Part shown: positions 16,587 through 27,857 of the stretch, piece by piece
Numbering within the stretch: position 1 is the stretch's first letter
How the letters are laid out: each line of letters opens with the position of its first letter
Assembly (NCBI GenBank): GCA_963708045.1
Contig: OY970181.1
Coordinates: 1,061,443-1,125,442, forward strand
Length of the DNA: 64,000 nucleotides
From: an uncultured bacterium
GTDB taxonomy: Bacteria > Patescibacteriota > Patescibacteriia > CAIQCM01
Direction: 5' to 3'
The notes under the pieces: model-generated
What the model saw: only the letters and a program-made list of their open reading frames with translations
What the model was told of the DNA's origin: nothing
The model's database searches: none
Made by a program: the position numbers and the translations under genes

Positions 16587-17540
16587 ATGGCAAAAGAAAA
16601 ACAAGAAAAACCTAAACTAGAACTTGCACCGACGGTTTTAATAACACCGGAGTCGGCGGAACTTGATTTGGAAAACGAACCAACGGGCGAAGAAACACCC
16701 GAGACAGCTGCGGCTAAATTAGCGCGTATAGAAGCAGCCGCCCTTAAAGCCGACCACGAACTAAGTGCCGCGGTTCTTCAGGTAGAACGCCTTAAAACAA
16801 CCGCCGCCGAAAGCGCGCGTGTGGACGAGATAAAAGAAAAAGAACAAACGCTTTTTTCCGGATTAAAAGACGTTCTCGGAAGAGCTTATTGGAAACTACG
16901 CAGTATCGGCAAAGCACCAGAAACGGTTGAAGCAATAAAACTCATTGCCAAGGCCCAACAAGGCAAGAAAAAACCTAAAGAAATGTCCGAGGTTGAACGT
17001 ACGCAGATGATGCTTAAAAAAATATCACAGCAAACACACGAAGAGTACGGTTTGATAAATCCCAAGGCGAAAAAAATTGAAAGTGGTTCATCGCTTATAA
17101 ACTATATTGAAAATTGGACGCCCGCCTTGTCTGACGACGATGAAGAGGCGGCCGAATGGCTTGCCAATATAATGGTAAAATTTAACTCGGCACGCGATGT
17201 ATATACAAAAAATCCGGATTCGGAAAACGTAAAAAATGAATTAAAAACTATTTTGGAAATTACTGGCGCGGCGCCGGCGACCGAGGAAGTTGTTGAAGAA
17301 ATTTGGGCGTCGGGCAAAGCAGGCGCGATTATCAGAGCCGGCGAAACCAGAATTGACGACTATTTTCACGAAGCCGTACGGGCTTATCCGCAAGTTTTGA
17401 TAGAAATAAATAAAAAAAATATAAATAGAAGTTTTGGAATAGAACAAGACAAAAAAGCAGGCGCCAATAGCGTCGTTACGGTTAGAAAAACTGTACGCAA
17501 AAAGCCACCCGCGTCAAAAGACAACCAACTTGAGGCATAA
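16587..17540 (+). CDS. hypothetical acidic/Lys-rich protein, probably co-transcribed with the giant gene
   Basis: 317 aa. Starts 12 nt after the upstream stop. No recognisable domain. Confidence 0.5.
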   Translation: MAKEKQEKPKLELAPTVLITPESAELDLENEPTGEETPETAAAKLARIEAAALKADHELSAAVLQVERLKTTAAESARVDEIKEKEQTLFSGLKDVLGRAYWKLRSIGKAPETVEAIKLIAKAQQGKKKPKEMSEVERTQMMLKKISQQTHEEYGLINPKAKKIESGSSLINYIENWTPALSDDDEEAAEWLANIMVKFNSARDVYTKNPDSENVKNELKTILEITGAAPATEEVVEEIWASGKAGAIIRAGETRIDDYFHEAVRAYPQVLIEINKKNINRSFGIEQDKKAGANSVVTVRKTVRKKPPASKDNQLEA

Positions 17541-17543
17541 AAA

Positions 17544-17575
17544 CATCCCCCACTTTTAAAGTGGGGGATGTTTTA
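17544..17575. terminator. intrinsic terminator (first of three hairpins between convergent genes)
   Basis: catcccccac-ttttaaa-gtgggggatg followed by TTTTAG. Further hairpins ccctcccttt..aagggaggg and ctctttt..aaagag lie upstream of the eno stop. Confidence 0.5.
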
Positions 17576-17757
17576 GTAAGGAAATAAAAATTGACTAGCC
17601 CCTCCCTTTGGTAAAAGGGAGGGTGGCCGAAGGCCGGGAGGGTTCTGTTTATTACGTTAAATTATTTACGGCGAAACGAACTCCCCCTACCCCCTCTTTT
17701 GCAAAGAGTGGGCTAAGATTTTTCCAGCCACACAATAATTTGGTGTTTTTGTTATTT

Positions 17758-19041
<1,284 letters not shown>

Positions 19042-19127
19042 CTAAAGCATTATAACCGATTCACCCGCAAAGAAGCAAAAAAATACCCCCAGTTTAAAAA
19101 CTGGGGGTATTTTTGTTTAATTTATTT

Positions 19128-19943
19128 TTATTGCATCTCAAAGGTCAGTGTGACGTTGGAGGTGACATCAAGCGATCCAGTTTCAATTGACGGTGCGGCC
19201 GAGGCAGAGCTTCCCATACTATCCTTGGCATAGCTCAAATACGGCATTGGCGCATAACCATTATTTGATTCGCTAAAATTAACGACCTTGGAAAATTTAA
19301 TACCAAGTTCTTTGCTAAGCGTTGCGGCTTTGGCCGTCGCGTCAGCAATCGCTTTTTCCCGAGCGCTAGTTTGAAGCGTTTCCGGATTATCAATCGTGAA
19401 ATTTAAACCCGACACTTGGTTGGCGCCAGCGCTCGCGGCGGCGTCCAAAACCTGGGAGACTGCATCAAGCTTGCGAACCTTAACGGTCACGCCCTGATCA
19501 GCAGTATAACCAATTATGGTTTGTCTGGAACTGGAGTAATCGTAGTTTGGATAAACGTTAAAGCGTGACGTTTTAATGTCAGCCGGCAAAACACCAACCG
19601 TTTTAAGCGTCGCGATAAGCGCGTTCATTTTTTCGTTGTTTTTCTTAAGCGCGTTTTGAACATTGGCGTCCTGAGTCGTCATTCCCATATCAACCGTGGC
19701 GATGTCTGGCGTACCGACGACTTTGCCCGTACCGTTAAACGAAATTACTTGACGCTCGGCCGGCGCTTTGCCGATGACGCCAGTTTTGATGGTTTCGTTT
19801 CTAATGACCACGGTCAAAAAAACCAAACCGTAAACGAGTAAGATGGAAACAAGAAGCGCAAAAAGGCGATTCTCTTTCCAGTGCGGCCAAAAGCTGCAGT
19901 GTTTGCCGCAACTTTCGTCGGATGACTTGCTTGTGAAAGCCAT
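19128..19943 (-). CDS. SIMPL/DUF541-domain (YggE-like) exported protein
   Basis: N-terminal TM anchor. Periplasmic domain with RFNVYPNYDY...TADQGVTVKV typical of SIMPL family. Confidence 0.7.
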   Translation of the reverse strand: MAFTSKSSDESCGKHCSFWPHWKENRLFALLVSILLVYGLVFLTVVIRNETIKTGVIGKAPAERQVISFNGTGKVVGTPDIATVDMGMTTQDANVQNALKKNNEKMNALIATLKTVGVLPADIKTSRFNVYPNYDYSSSRQTIIGYTADQGVTVKVRKLDAVSQVLDAAASAGANQVSGLNFTIDNPETLQTSAREKAIADATAKAATLSKELGIKFSKVVNFSESNNGYAPMPYLSYAKDSMGSSASAAPSIETGSLDVTSNVTLTFEMQ

Positions 19944-19944
19944 A

Positions 19945-20030
19945 TTTTTTAACTTTTAAGTGTTAGCTTTTAACTTTTAGCCGCTAAAAAGCAATGCTAA
20001 AAGTTAAAAGTTAAAAGTTAAAAGTTTTTT
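19945..20030. repeat. (TTAAAAG)n inverted-repeat hairpin element, locus A
   Basis: T6-cttttaacttttagc..loop..gctaaaagttaaaagttaaaagttaaaag-T6. 3' arm ends 2 nt before the ATG of the SIMPL gene on the opposite strand and overlaps the last codons of pgk. Confidence 0.5.
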
Positions 20031-21226
20031 AGCTTGCCGTAGAGCGGCTTAACGCCGGGCAAAATTTTCCCTTCCAAATATTCAAGCATTGCGCCGCCGC
20101 CGGTTGAGATATGATCAACATATTGACTCATTCCCGATTGTTTAACCGCTTCAACCGTTTCGCCGCCGCCAACCACACCCATCGCACGCCCCTTGCTTCG
20201 CGCGGCAATTATTTTTGCGAGCGCCATTGTGCCATGACTGTAACGCGAATCTTCAAACATCCCGACGGGGCCATTCCAAACAATCGTTTTTGCTTTTTTA
20301 AAAAGCATTGCCCAGGCCAAAATTGTCCGCGGACCAATGTCGTAAACCGCTTCATTTTTTAGACAGATGGCAAACGGATCTTTGGTCGCAACGGGAACGA
20401 CGCGAGCGCGTCCAGGGCGCCCGCTCGCCGGACCAACAACAACATCAACTGGCGTTTGGACATTTTTGAAACGCAGAATTTTTTTTGCCGCTTTTTCTTC
20501 GTCAGCGTCCACACCCGATTCGCCAACACCAAAGCCACGCGCCGTAAGCAAAGCGTTTGCGAGTCCGCCGCCAACAAAAACAATTGAAAACTCTTTTGCC
20601 AATTTGCTAATGAGACCAATCTTGGTGTTAATTTTAGCGCCGCCGATCATGGCAATGGACGGCTTTTCCGGTTTTCCGGCAATGTGTCCCAAAACAGCAA
20701 GTTCGCGCTCCATAAGCAGGCCAGCATACGAAGGAAGGTAGCGGGTAATGGCCGAGACCGAGGCGTGTGCCCGATGCGACACGGCAAAACCGTCGTTAAC
20801 GTAGACATCGGCAAACGAGGCGAGAAGTTTGGCAAACGAACCGCTGTTTGATTCTTCGCCGCGGTCAAAGCGCAAATTTTCCAACATAAATATTTGTCCG
20901 GAAACAGCAGAAGAAAGCGCGGTGGGAATTTCTTTGTCAGAAAACGATTGTGGCAAAAAGGTAATTATCTTTCCGGAAATTTGCGCCAAGCGTTTGGCAA
21001 TGGGCGCGAGCGAAAAGTTTTTTTCTCGTCCGGTCGGACGGCCAAGGTGGGAAATAATCACGGTTATTGCGCCGCGGGCAGAAAGATACGAAAGCGTCGG
21101 CAAAATTGCCCACAGACGCTCGGCGTCGGCGACCTCGCCCTTTACAAACGGAACATTGGCGTCAACGCGCAAAAGAACCCGCTTGCCGCGGAGATCCTTA
21201 ATTTCGCGAATCGTGCGAAGGTTCAT
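20018..21226 (-). CDS. pgk: phosphoglycerate kinase
   Basis: 402 aa. N-terminal RVDANVP substrate motif, hinge and C-terminal nucleotide-binding GGGA motifs. Confidence 0.95.
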   Translation of the reverse strand: MNLRTIREIKDLRGKRVLLRVDANVPFVKGEVADAERLWAILPTLSYLSARGAITVIISHLGRPTGREKNFSLAPIAKRLAQISGKIITFLPQSFSDKEIPTALSSAVSGQIFMLENLRFDRGEESNSGSFAKLLASFADVYVNDGFAVSHRAHASVSAITRYLPSYAGLLMERELAVLGHIAGKPEKPSIAMIGGAKINTKIGLISKLAKEFSIVFVGGGLANALLTARGFGVGESGVDADEEKAAKKILRFKNVQTPVDVVVGPASGRPGRARVVPVATKDPFAICLKNEAVYDIGPRTILAWAMLFKKAKTIVWNGPVGMFEDSRYSHGTMALAKIIAARSKGRAMGVVGGGETVEAVKQSGMSQYVDHISTGGGAMLEYLEGKILPGVKPLYGKLKNF

Positions 21227-21301
21227 AGTTTAATATTATATCACAAAAAACAATTGAGTAACGCGCGGTCGCCTTCGTGACGGAACCCGCTAATCCTAAT
21301 T

Positions 21302-21784
21302 CTAGAAATTCAAGAAGCGTCCGACCGCACTAATAAACAAGTCTGGAGTATGACGCAACGCGCCTCGCAACTCCGTCACCGTGAACCATCTTACTTCGGC
21401 GACTTCCTCATATGCGATTCTAAAATTACACGCTGGCTCGTCCATCTTGCCATAGAACCACTGCAAAAAGTACGTTGTGTCACGTTCAACAAGCTCTTTC
21501 ATTCCTGGAACTACTTGTATCGAAACGACGCCAAGTTCCTCCTGGATCTCTCTAAGCATATTTTCCAAATACGACTCGCCTTTTTCCACCGTCCCAGTTA
21601 CTGCCGGTCCCCATTTACCCGCACCCTGTCTTTTTTTCAACGCTCTCTTGGCCAGCAGGACATCTCCCTTTGAGTTGGTAAGCCAGAGGGCGGTGACGCG
21701 GTATATTTCATCGCGGCCAATCGCGGTCCTTTCCTTGCTCCCGACTAACTGGTCATGCCTATCAAACAATGGAATTTCCGACAT
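21302..21784 (-). CDS. NUDIX hydrolase
   Basis: Nudix box GTVEKGESYLENMLREIQEELGV. Confidence 0.8.
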   Translation of the reverse strand: MSEIPLFDRHDQLVGSKERTAIGRDEIYRVTALWLTNSKGDVLLAKRALKKRQGAGKWGPAVTGTVEKGESYLENMLREIQEELGVVSIQVVPGMKELVERDTTYFLQWFYGKMDEPACNFRIAYEEVAEVRWFTVTELRGALRHTPDLFISAVGRFLNF

Positions 21785-21834
21785 ATAATATGCAAATGCA
21801 GATCTGTATTATATCATTGTTACACATGGGATGT

Positions 21835-21869
21835 ACAAAAAGCCGTCCAAGGAGAGCCTTGGACGGCTA
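21835..21869 (-). terminator. intrinsic terminator after the 102-aa gene
   Basis: gccgtccaagg-agag-ccttggacggc hairpin with T-run on minus strand. Confidence 0.4.
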
Positions 21870-21885
21870 CGAGGATTGTCGTGCA

Positions 21886-22194
21886 CTACAGGGTAGCGAT
21901 GTCGACGCCTAGGTCAGCACGAAGTCTTGGCGCAACTCTGCCGAGGACCGCAATCCCATTCTTAGAAGAACAATATCGCGCCGATGTCCCGTTTGACCGG
22001 GTGACTCGTACCCATCCGCGACTCTCCAAGACCTCAAGGACATCCTGGAACCCCAGATTCCAGGGTAAAACAAAAGGTACCTCGGGGTGGGCCTGGCGCA
22101 GGGACATGATTGCTTGGGCGATTTGGTCAATGGTTCGCTCGTCCTTACGGATCGATGCAAGAAGCAGATAAGGCGTTAGCTCTACGTCGCTCAT
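21886..22194 (-). CDS. hypothetical small protein in GC-rich islet
   Basis: Strong RBS (GGAGGGAG N6 ATG). Local GC clearly above flanks. No recognised domain. Confidence 0.45.
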   Translation of the reverse strand: MSDVELTPYLLLASIRKDERTIDQIAQAIMSLRQAHPEVPFVLPWNLGFQDVLEVLESRGWVRVTRSNGTSARYCSSKNGIAVLGRVAPRLRADLGVDIATL

Positions 22195-22365
22195 GTAAGT
22201 CTCCCTCCTACCCGAACATTAGCGCAGTTTTCTCGCAAACACAAATATCCCCCGACACCAACCAAAGTCAATTCTATCACCCCAGAAGTACCGGTTTCTT
22301 CGCTTTAATTTGGCAAAAACGATAGATGCTGCCGAGCCTTGCTCTCAGTACGGGCGAATATTATA

Positions 22366-23583
22366 TCACAAAACCGACCGGTATATTTCCATTATCTTTT
22401 GATAGTGGTCAGCCGGGTCGTAAAGCTTAATCGCGCGCTCGCGGCCAAGATACCCCATCCGGCGAATTAGCGGCTCGTTTTTGGCGAGATCGCGAATGGC
22501 GTCGGCGAGCGCCACGGCATCACCGGGCGGCGTGAGGATGCCGGTTTCGCCGTTTACCACGTTCTCGGGAAGCGCACCAATTGCGCTTGCAATAACCGGC
22601 TTTCCCATTGCCGCCGCTTCAATCGCCGTCAGACCAAAAGTTTCGTACGAAAGCGATGGCACGACAACAAAACGCGAAGCACTAACTGCTGCAAGCACGT
22701 CGTGATGACTCATTGACCCGACCAATTCCACGTTCTTAAGCCCCGCAGTTTTAATATATTCTTTAAGACGTTTTTCCATCGGCCCCGTGCCAACCACCTT
22801 AAGCCGAACTTCAGGTACGCGTTCCATTGCCGCAAAAAGCGTGCCAATTCCTTTTTCTTCAGAAAGACCGCCGACATAAATTATTTCCGCGCCCGGCTCA
22901 AAATTTGGTTCATAAAATTGCGCGTCTATAAAATGCGGGACAACGGAAATTTTTCCACTCCCCCTCCCCCACTCGGCAAATTTCTTTTTTACAAATTCAG
23001 ACGGCGCAATAAGTTTGGTAACCAGCCGCTCGTCCAAACCAGCCATATAATGATAACGATATGCAGCCGCGTCCAGTGCCGAAGCAACAAACGAATTTTT
23101 TACGCAGCGGTGCAAAATCGCCGCCGAATAATGACGAGGTTTTACTCGCTCGCAAGGCGCGCCGTGATCAAAAAGTCCGTAAGACGGCGAAAGATACGCA
23201 TAATCGTGAAGCGTTTGCACAATTGGAATCTTCGCCTCGTTAAGCGCCACGAGCACCGAAGGCGAAAGTTGGTGATAAATATTATGAAGATGAGCAACGT
23301 CCGGCTTATAGACGCGAATAAGATCAGTAAGTTTGCGTTTGGCCTCAAACGAATAAAAAAGCCGCCCCGAGGCCTTGATCGCATTCCAGCCGATTCGCGG
23401 ATGCTCCAATTCCACGCGTGAAACAAAAAACCGATCCGATTCGGCGCGAACATTTTGCGGATCTTTCATCGCAAACGGAACAACGTAGTGGCCGTTCTTT
23501 TCCAACAAATCTTCCAACGCGAACATATATCGCTCGGCACCGCGTTTTTGAAAATAAAATTTATTTATGGAAAGGATCTTCAC
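22366..23583 (-). CDS. GT4-family glycosyltransferase
   Basis: C-terminal EKGIGTLFAAM...VPSLSYETFGLTAIEAAAMGKPVIAS...GETGIL is the glycosyl transferase group 1 signature. Confidence 0.8.
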   Translation of the reverse strand: MKILSINKFYFQKRGAERYMFALEDLLEKNGHYVVPFAMKDPQNVRAESDRFFVSRVELEHPRIGWNAIKASGRLFYSFEAKRKLTDLIRVYKPDVAHLHNIYHQLSPSVLVALNEAKIPIVQTLHDYAYLSPSYGLFDHGAPCERVKPRHYSAAILHRCVKNSFVASALDAAAYRYHYMAGLDERLVTKLIAPSEFVKKKFAEWGRGSGKISVVPHFIDAQFYEPNFEPGAEIIYVGGLSEEKGIGTLFAAMERVPEVRLKVVGTGPMEKRLKEYIKTAGLKNVELVGSMSHHDVLAAVSASRFVVVPSLSYETFGLTAIEAAAMGKPVIASAIGALPENVVNGETGILTPPGDAVALADAIRDLAKNEPLIRRMGYLGRERAIKLYDPADHYQKIMEIYRSVL

Positions 23584-25121
23584 ACGGAAATTTCTTCGCG
23601 TTTAGCGATAACAAAAATTAACGCGGCAAAAAAGAAAAGATAAAGCGCCAGCGTTCGCACCTCTAGGTACGATCCAAGAAACGCCTGGAACATCACGGCT
23701 GAAAACGCGCCAATGTAGCCCAAAGCCAAACCGCGATTAAACGAATCGTCCGAATGTTTGTAAAGCCGCCATGCGGTTCTGACCATAAACGACATAAGGA
23801 GCACGTATACGATAATACCCATTGTGCCGAGTTCACCCCAAAGCGACATCCAGTTTGAATCTATTTGCCCGTCGGTTCCATAAACGCCGAAAGGAAGGCC
23901 GAGCCGGTCATAAGCAGTTGTATTGTGAAGCGCCGCCGCCGCGCCGCCGCCAAACATTCCCGGACCAAGACCAAAAAATGGCGCAGCGGGAACAACAACG
24001 CGCGGCGTTTGAATGAGCCAATAGACCCGGCCAAGACCGTAATATTCGCCTTGCAAACGTTCGGGCGAAAACGCTTCAAAAAATCTTTCGGTAATTGTTT
24101 GTTGCGGCACATCGGTAAGCAGACGAAGAACAACACGATCATACAAATAAAATGAAACAACAATTGCCGCAAAAATTCCAAGCACAGCCGCGACGCGGCG
24201 ATCACGTTTAATAAAGAGGCCAATGACGACAAAGCCGAGCAGAAAACCAAACCACGAAGCGCGCGAATAAGTTAAAACAAGCGCCGAAATTCCGACCAAA
24301 AAGAAAACCCAAAGCCAGCGGTGCTCTTCCCGTTTTTTAAATTCATAGGCAAAACCCAAACCAATAAGCAGAAAAAAACATAAAAACGTTCCCAGCTGAT
24401 CGTAACGACCCATTGTTGCAAAAATACGTTCGCCAGGCGCCCAAAATTGTTCCACGCCGGCGGTTAATTGAATACTTTCATAAAAACGGCTGCCCGAAGG
24501 AAGAAGAAAAGTATCAATCGCGCCGTGAAGTGCCGCCTGAAGTACACCAAGGATTGATTCAAAAAAAGCAACACCAAACAAGATGTAAACCGTTTCGCGA
24601 ATTCGTTTCTTGGGCGGCGCCAAGTAACTAACCGCAAAGAACAAAATCATATAGCGAATAATCTGCCTTACCCCGAGCGCGGCCACGCCCAAAGGAACAA
24701 GATTAACAATAACCGACGCGGCAAGCGTGACAAGCAAAAGAACAAACGGCAAGTTTAACGGCGTATACGGCACGCTGCCATTTTCAATAACGACGTGAAC
24801 AATAACGAGCACAGCAAGAATATAAACCGCGACTTCGGGGAAATACCGCGCAAAAACATAAAGCTCGTTTGGAACAAACTTTAGAAGAAACGGCTCAAAG
24901 ACAGTCCAGATAGCAATGGCCACCGCGAGAAAATACGGACGGCAAACAGCAAGCGCAATAACGCCGATTGTAAGTATGGCCGCAAGAACCGTATATGGCG
25001 AAACAAATCCAACCGAAGCGCAAAGAACAACAGCACAACCAATAACCGCCCAAAAAATACGGCGTTCAAACGGCGTGCGCAAATTGATTGCTCCGGCTAA
25101 TTTTTCTGATAAATTAGGCAT
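23580..25121 (-). CDS. O-antigen ligase/polymerase-like polytopic membrane protein
   Basis: 513 aa, >10 TM helices, Wzy_C-like loop region. Start overlaps the stop of the GT4 gene by 4 nt. Confidence 0.55.
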   Translation of the reverse strand: MPNLSEKLAGAINLRTPFERRIFWAVIGCAVVLCASVGFVSPYTVLAAILTIGVIALAVCRPYFLAVAIAIWTVFEPFLLKFVPNELYVFARYFPEVAVYILAVLVIVHVVIENGSVPYTPLNLPFVLLLVTLAASVIVNLVPLGVAALGVRQIIRYMILFFAVSYLAPPKKRIRETVYILFGVAFFESILGVLQAALHGAIDTFLLPSGSRFYESIQLTAGVEQFWAPGERIFATMGRYDQLGTFLCFFLLIGLGFAYEFKKREEHRWLWVFFLVGISALVLTYSRASWFGFLLGFVVIGLFIKRDRRVAAVLGIFAAIVVSFYLYDRVVLRLLTDVPQQTITERFFEAFSPERLQGEYYGLGRVYWLIQTPRVVVPAAPFFGLGPGMFGGGAAAALHNTTAYDRLGLPFGVYGTDGQIDSNWMSLWGELGTMGIIVYVLLMSFMVRTAWRLYKHSDDSFNRGLALGYIGAFSAVMFQAFLGSYLEVRTLALYLFFFAALIFVIAKREEISV

Positions 25122-25285
25122 TGAATATTATTATAACATGAAAACAGAGATTAGAGATTGGAGATTAGATGTTAGAAGATGGGTGCAGGTTTTCCATTAT
25201 TTAAATAAAAAGGCGGTGAGAGAATCCTTGAAGGACTCTTTCACCGCCCGCCTTGCGCGCGAATCGCCAAGACTACTTGCGACGA

Positions 25286-27568
25286 CTACGGACTAGCAGT
25301 CGCGTCAATGATGCAACCCCACTTTGGGATTTCCCGACAAACCTCACCCGACGCCGTCCGACACATTCCACAACCCGCGCGAACACAACCGTTAATCGTC
25401 CACGACCGCAGGCCAAAATAAATTCTCTGGCCCGCCGCCGTGATCACGTATGGCGTAAACTTGGTCAACTGAAGACCATCGGCCACAAGCGGCGTGTTGT
25501 TATTGGTTAGCGTGAGATTATCACTCCAAACAATTGGCGACACAACCGTTGTCTTGTGGTAACACGACGACACCCAGCACGAATCCAAATCAGCACCAAT
25601 CCCCGCTCCCACGTATGCCTCCGATACTGGCGGCGCTCCAGCAAGCCCATCAGCGAGCAAGCCTGTCACCACGATCGCCACCCTAATGTGCGGACCTTCG
25701 CGCGTGCAGGTAATTGTTCCCTGTGAAGGTGGCGGCTCACCCCATTCCGGCGAAAAAATAATCCCACCATCGGTAACTTCCGCATCGGCGAAAATCGCGA
25801 CGTCGCTTGTGGCAACGGCATCAAAATTCGCATCTGCCACACTCACATCAACACCGGCATCAGTTGACGAACCGCTACTACCACCGATTCCACCAGTACC
25901 ACCAGCGTCCAACGCCGAACCACCACTTCCACCAGAACTACTTGCTCCGCCAACAGAACCAGCACCACCGCTTGTTCCCCCGGAAACACCACCGGTTCCG
26001 CTTGTTCCGCCACTTGATGTACTTCCGCCGGTTGCCGAACTTCCACCAACACCACCAAGGCCACCGTCAGAATTTACAACAACAGCTTCACACCCATCGG
26101 CCGGATTATTGTTTGCGTCCGTCCAACCTGGCACACAGTGAAAGACAGCGCACTTCCCTAGAACGCAAGCGTCAACCGCCGAATGGCGGCTAAACCCCAG
26201 GTTTGGGAATGAACAATCATTTCCACACGCCCCGCAGTTCTTGGTGTCGTTTTCCAAATCCCATTCCAAGTCATCCACAACACCGTTGCAATCGTTATCG
26301 TGATGATCACACACCCTAACGCCATCTGTCGTCGACAAACAAGCGTACTCGCAACCGTCTTTGGGACGGTTGTTCGCATTCCAATAAAGCGGTTCACATT
26401 TCCCTATCTCACAAACCCCAGCAACACAGAGCGCGACGGCGTGATCAAAATCACACACCTTTCCACACTCTCCGCAATTCTTTGGATCATTTTGCTTGTT
26501 CCAAAGATCATCCACAATACCATTGCAATCATCATCCTTGCCGTTGCAAGTTTCAATTGTTGGGAGAACAACTTTGTTGACGACATCTTTGTCACACTCG
26601 GCCGGCCACACACCTTCCTTGCAGGTCATAATCCCAACACGACACTCGCCCAAGGTCAGAAGTTTCCCAGCCATATCGGTTGCGCCGCACGACCGTTGGT
26701 TACCATCGTGACATTCGCAACCATCATCAACGACACCACTGCAGTTGTTGTCAAGGTTGTCGTCACAACGCTCTTCGCTTGCTTTATTATGCGACCCATC
26801 TGGCGCAACCGAACAAATGACGCCGTTTTTTTCTTCGTTGCATTCATACACCCCGCCAACACAAACTCCAAGTCCATTGCAGGCGATCCCGACTGGGAAT
26901 CCTTCATCAGCAAACCCATTGCAGTTGTTGTCTTTGCCGTCGCAAATTTCTTTGGACGGTTTAGTGTCTCCGGCGCAGTCGGTCCACAAACCCTTAACGC
27001 ACACCTTTGTCCCTTCGTGACACGCGCCGATTTTTGATCCGCAAGCTATCTGTTCGCCTGTATGGAAAACGATGCCGTTTTCGTAACAAGGCGCGTCTTC
27101 GGGCGGAAGAACTTGAGTAACATTGATGATAATGACGCCCGGCGCGTCAGCCGCACCAGCATCCGGCGAAAAAGCAGCAGTACACTTCGTGAAACCTTTT
27201 CCGTCAAGCTCGCAATACTGTTTGCCCGACTCCTGATTTGGCTTATCGCCCGGGCGATAGCAGGCGCGGAACGAACCCGGAACGCAGTCAGACGGGTTTG
27301 CACTCGTCGCTGTTTCCGTTCCTGTTCCAATTATCGCAACCGTGTTGGTAACAACATTAGTTACCGTGCTCGCCGTCGCGATCGCGGAACTCGTTCCCGA
27401 TCCCGTCGCGATTGTTGACGACGTTGACGTTGTCGCCACTCCGGTTTCCGTGGTTGTGCAAATGCTTGTTCCCGAGGACGAGTTTGTTCCAGCTTTGCTT
27501 GTCGTTTTGACTTGTCCTCCACAGCCAATTACGAACACCAAAATTCCAAACCAGTACCTTTGCTTCAT
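25286..27568 (-). CDS. Cys-rich lipoprotein with MopE-like (CxxCxGxDxDCDGxxDE) repeats
   Basis: Lipobox LVFVIGC. Repeats ETCNGKDDDCNGIVDDLW, ERCDDNLDNNCSGVVDDGCEC, EICDGKDNNCNGFADEGF, RVCDHHDNDCNGVVDDLEW. GGS/T-rich linker. Confidence 0.65.
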   Translation of the reverse strand: MKQRYWFGILVFVIGCGGQVKTTSKAGTNSSSGTSICTTTETGVATTSTSSTIATGSGTSSAIATASTVTNVVTNTVAIIGTGTETATSANPSDCVPGSFRACYRPGDKPNQESGKQYCELDGKGFTKCTAAFSPDAGAADAPGVIIINVTQVLPPEDAPCYENGIVFHTGEQIACGSKIGACHEGTKVCVKGLWTDCAGDTKPSKEICDGKDNNCNGFADEGFPVGIACNGLGVCVGGVYECNEEKNGVICSVAPDGSHNKASEERCDDNLDNNCSGVVDDGCECHDGNQRSCGATDMAGKLLTLGECRVGIMTCKEGVWPAECDKDVVNKVVLPTIETCNGKDDDCNGIVDDLWNKQNDPKNCGECGKVCDFDHAVALCVAGVCEIGKCEPLYWNANNRPKDGCEYACLSTTDGVRVCDHHDNDCNGVVDDLEWDLENDTKNCGACGNDCSFPNLGFSRHSAVDACVLGKCAVFHCVPGWTDANNNPADGCEAVVVNSDGGLGGVGGSSATGGSTSSGGTSGTGGVSGGTSGGAGSVGGASSSGGSGGSALDAGGTGGIGGSSGSSTDAGVDVSVADANFDAVATSDVAIFADAEVTDGGIIFSPEWGEPPPSQGTITCTREGPHIRVAIVVTGLLADGLAGAPPVSEAYVGAGIGADLDSCWVSSCYHKTTVVSPIVWSDNLTLTNNNTPLVADGLQLTKFTPYVITAAGQRIYFGLRSWTINGCVRAGCGMCRTASGEVCREIPKWGCIIDATASP

Positions 27569-27794
27569 TGGGCTATCCGATCCTTTCTTTTCGTTACGTT
27601 TGTATCTTTACACATTGCGCCAGGCCAAACGCAATATGATTGTCAAAAAACATATTCTGACCTGATGCACATTCTCCTATTCGCACATCAGACCGCAATA
27701 TTCAGCTAAATATATGGATAGCAATAACGTCAAAATTTACCGCTAAAATGCGTTTGTGTCAAATAACAAAAAATAGCCCGTAGGCTATAAGGCT

Positions 27795-27837
27795 ATAAAT
27801 AAAGAGGCGCGGCAAAGGAGTGTTCCTTTGCCGCGCT
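27795..27837 (-). terminator. intrinsic terminator
   Basis: gcgcggcaaagg-agtgtt-cctttgccgcgc 12-bp stem, T-rich on minus strand after the 27858 gene stop. Confidence 0.45.
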
Positions 27838-27857
27838 CTCGAGAAACGATCGCTAGT

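Noticed and set aside
19945-20030. (TTAAAAG)n and other short repeats as a CRISPR array
   Set aside because: Only 2-4 irregular copies forming a single palindrome. No regularly spaced repeat-spacer architecture, and no cas genes.
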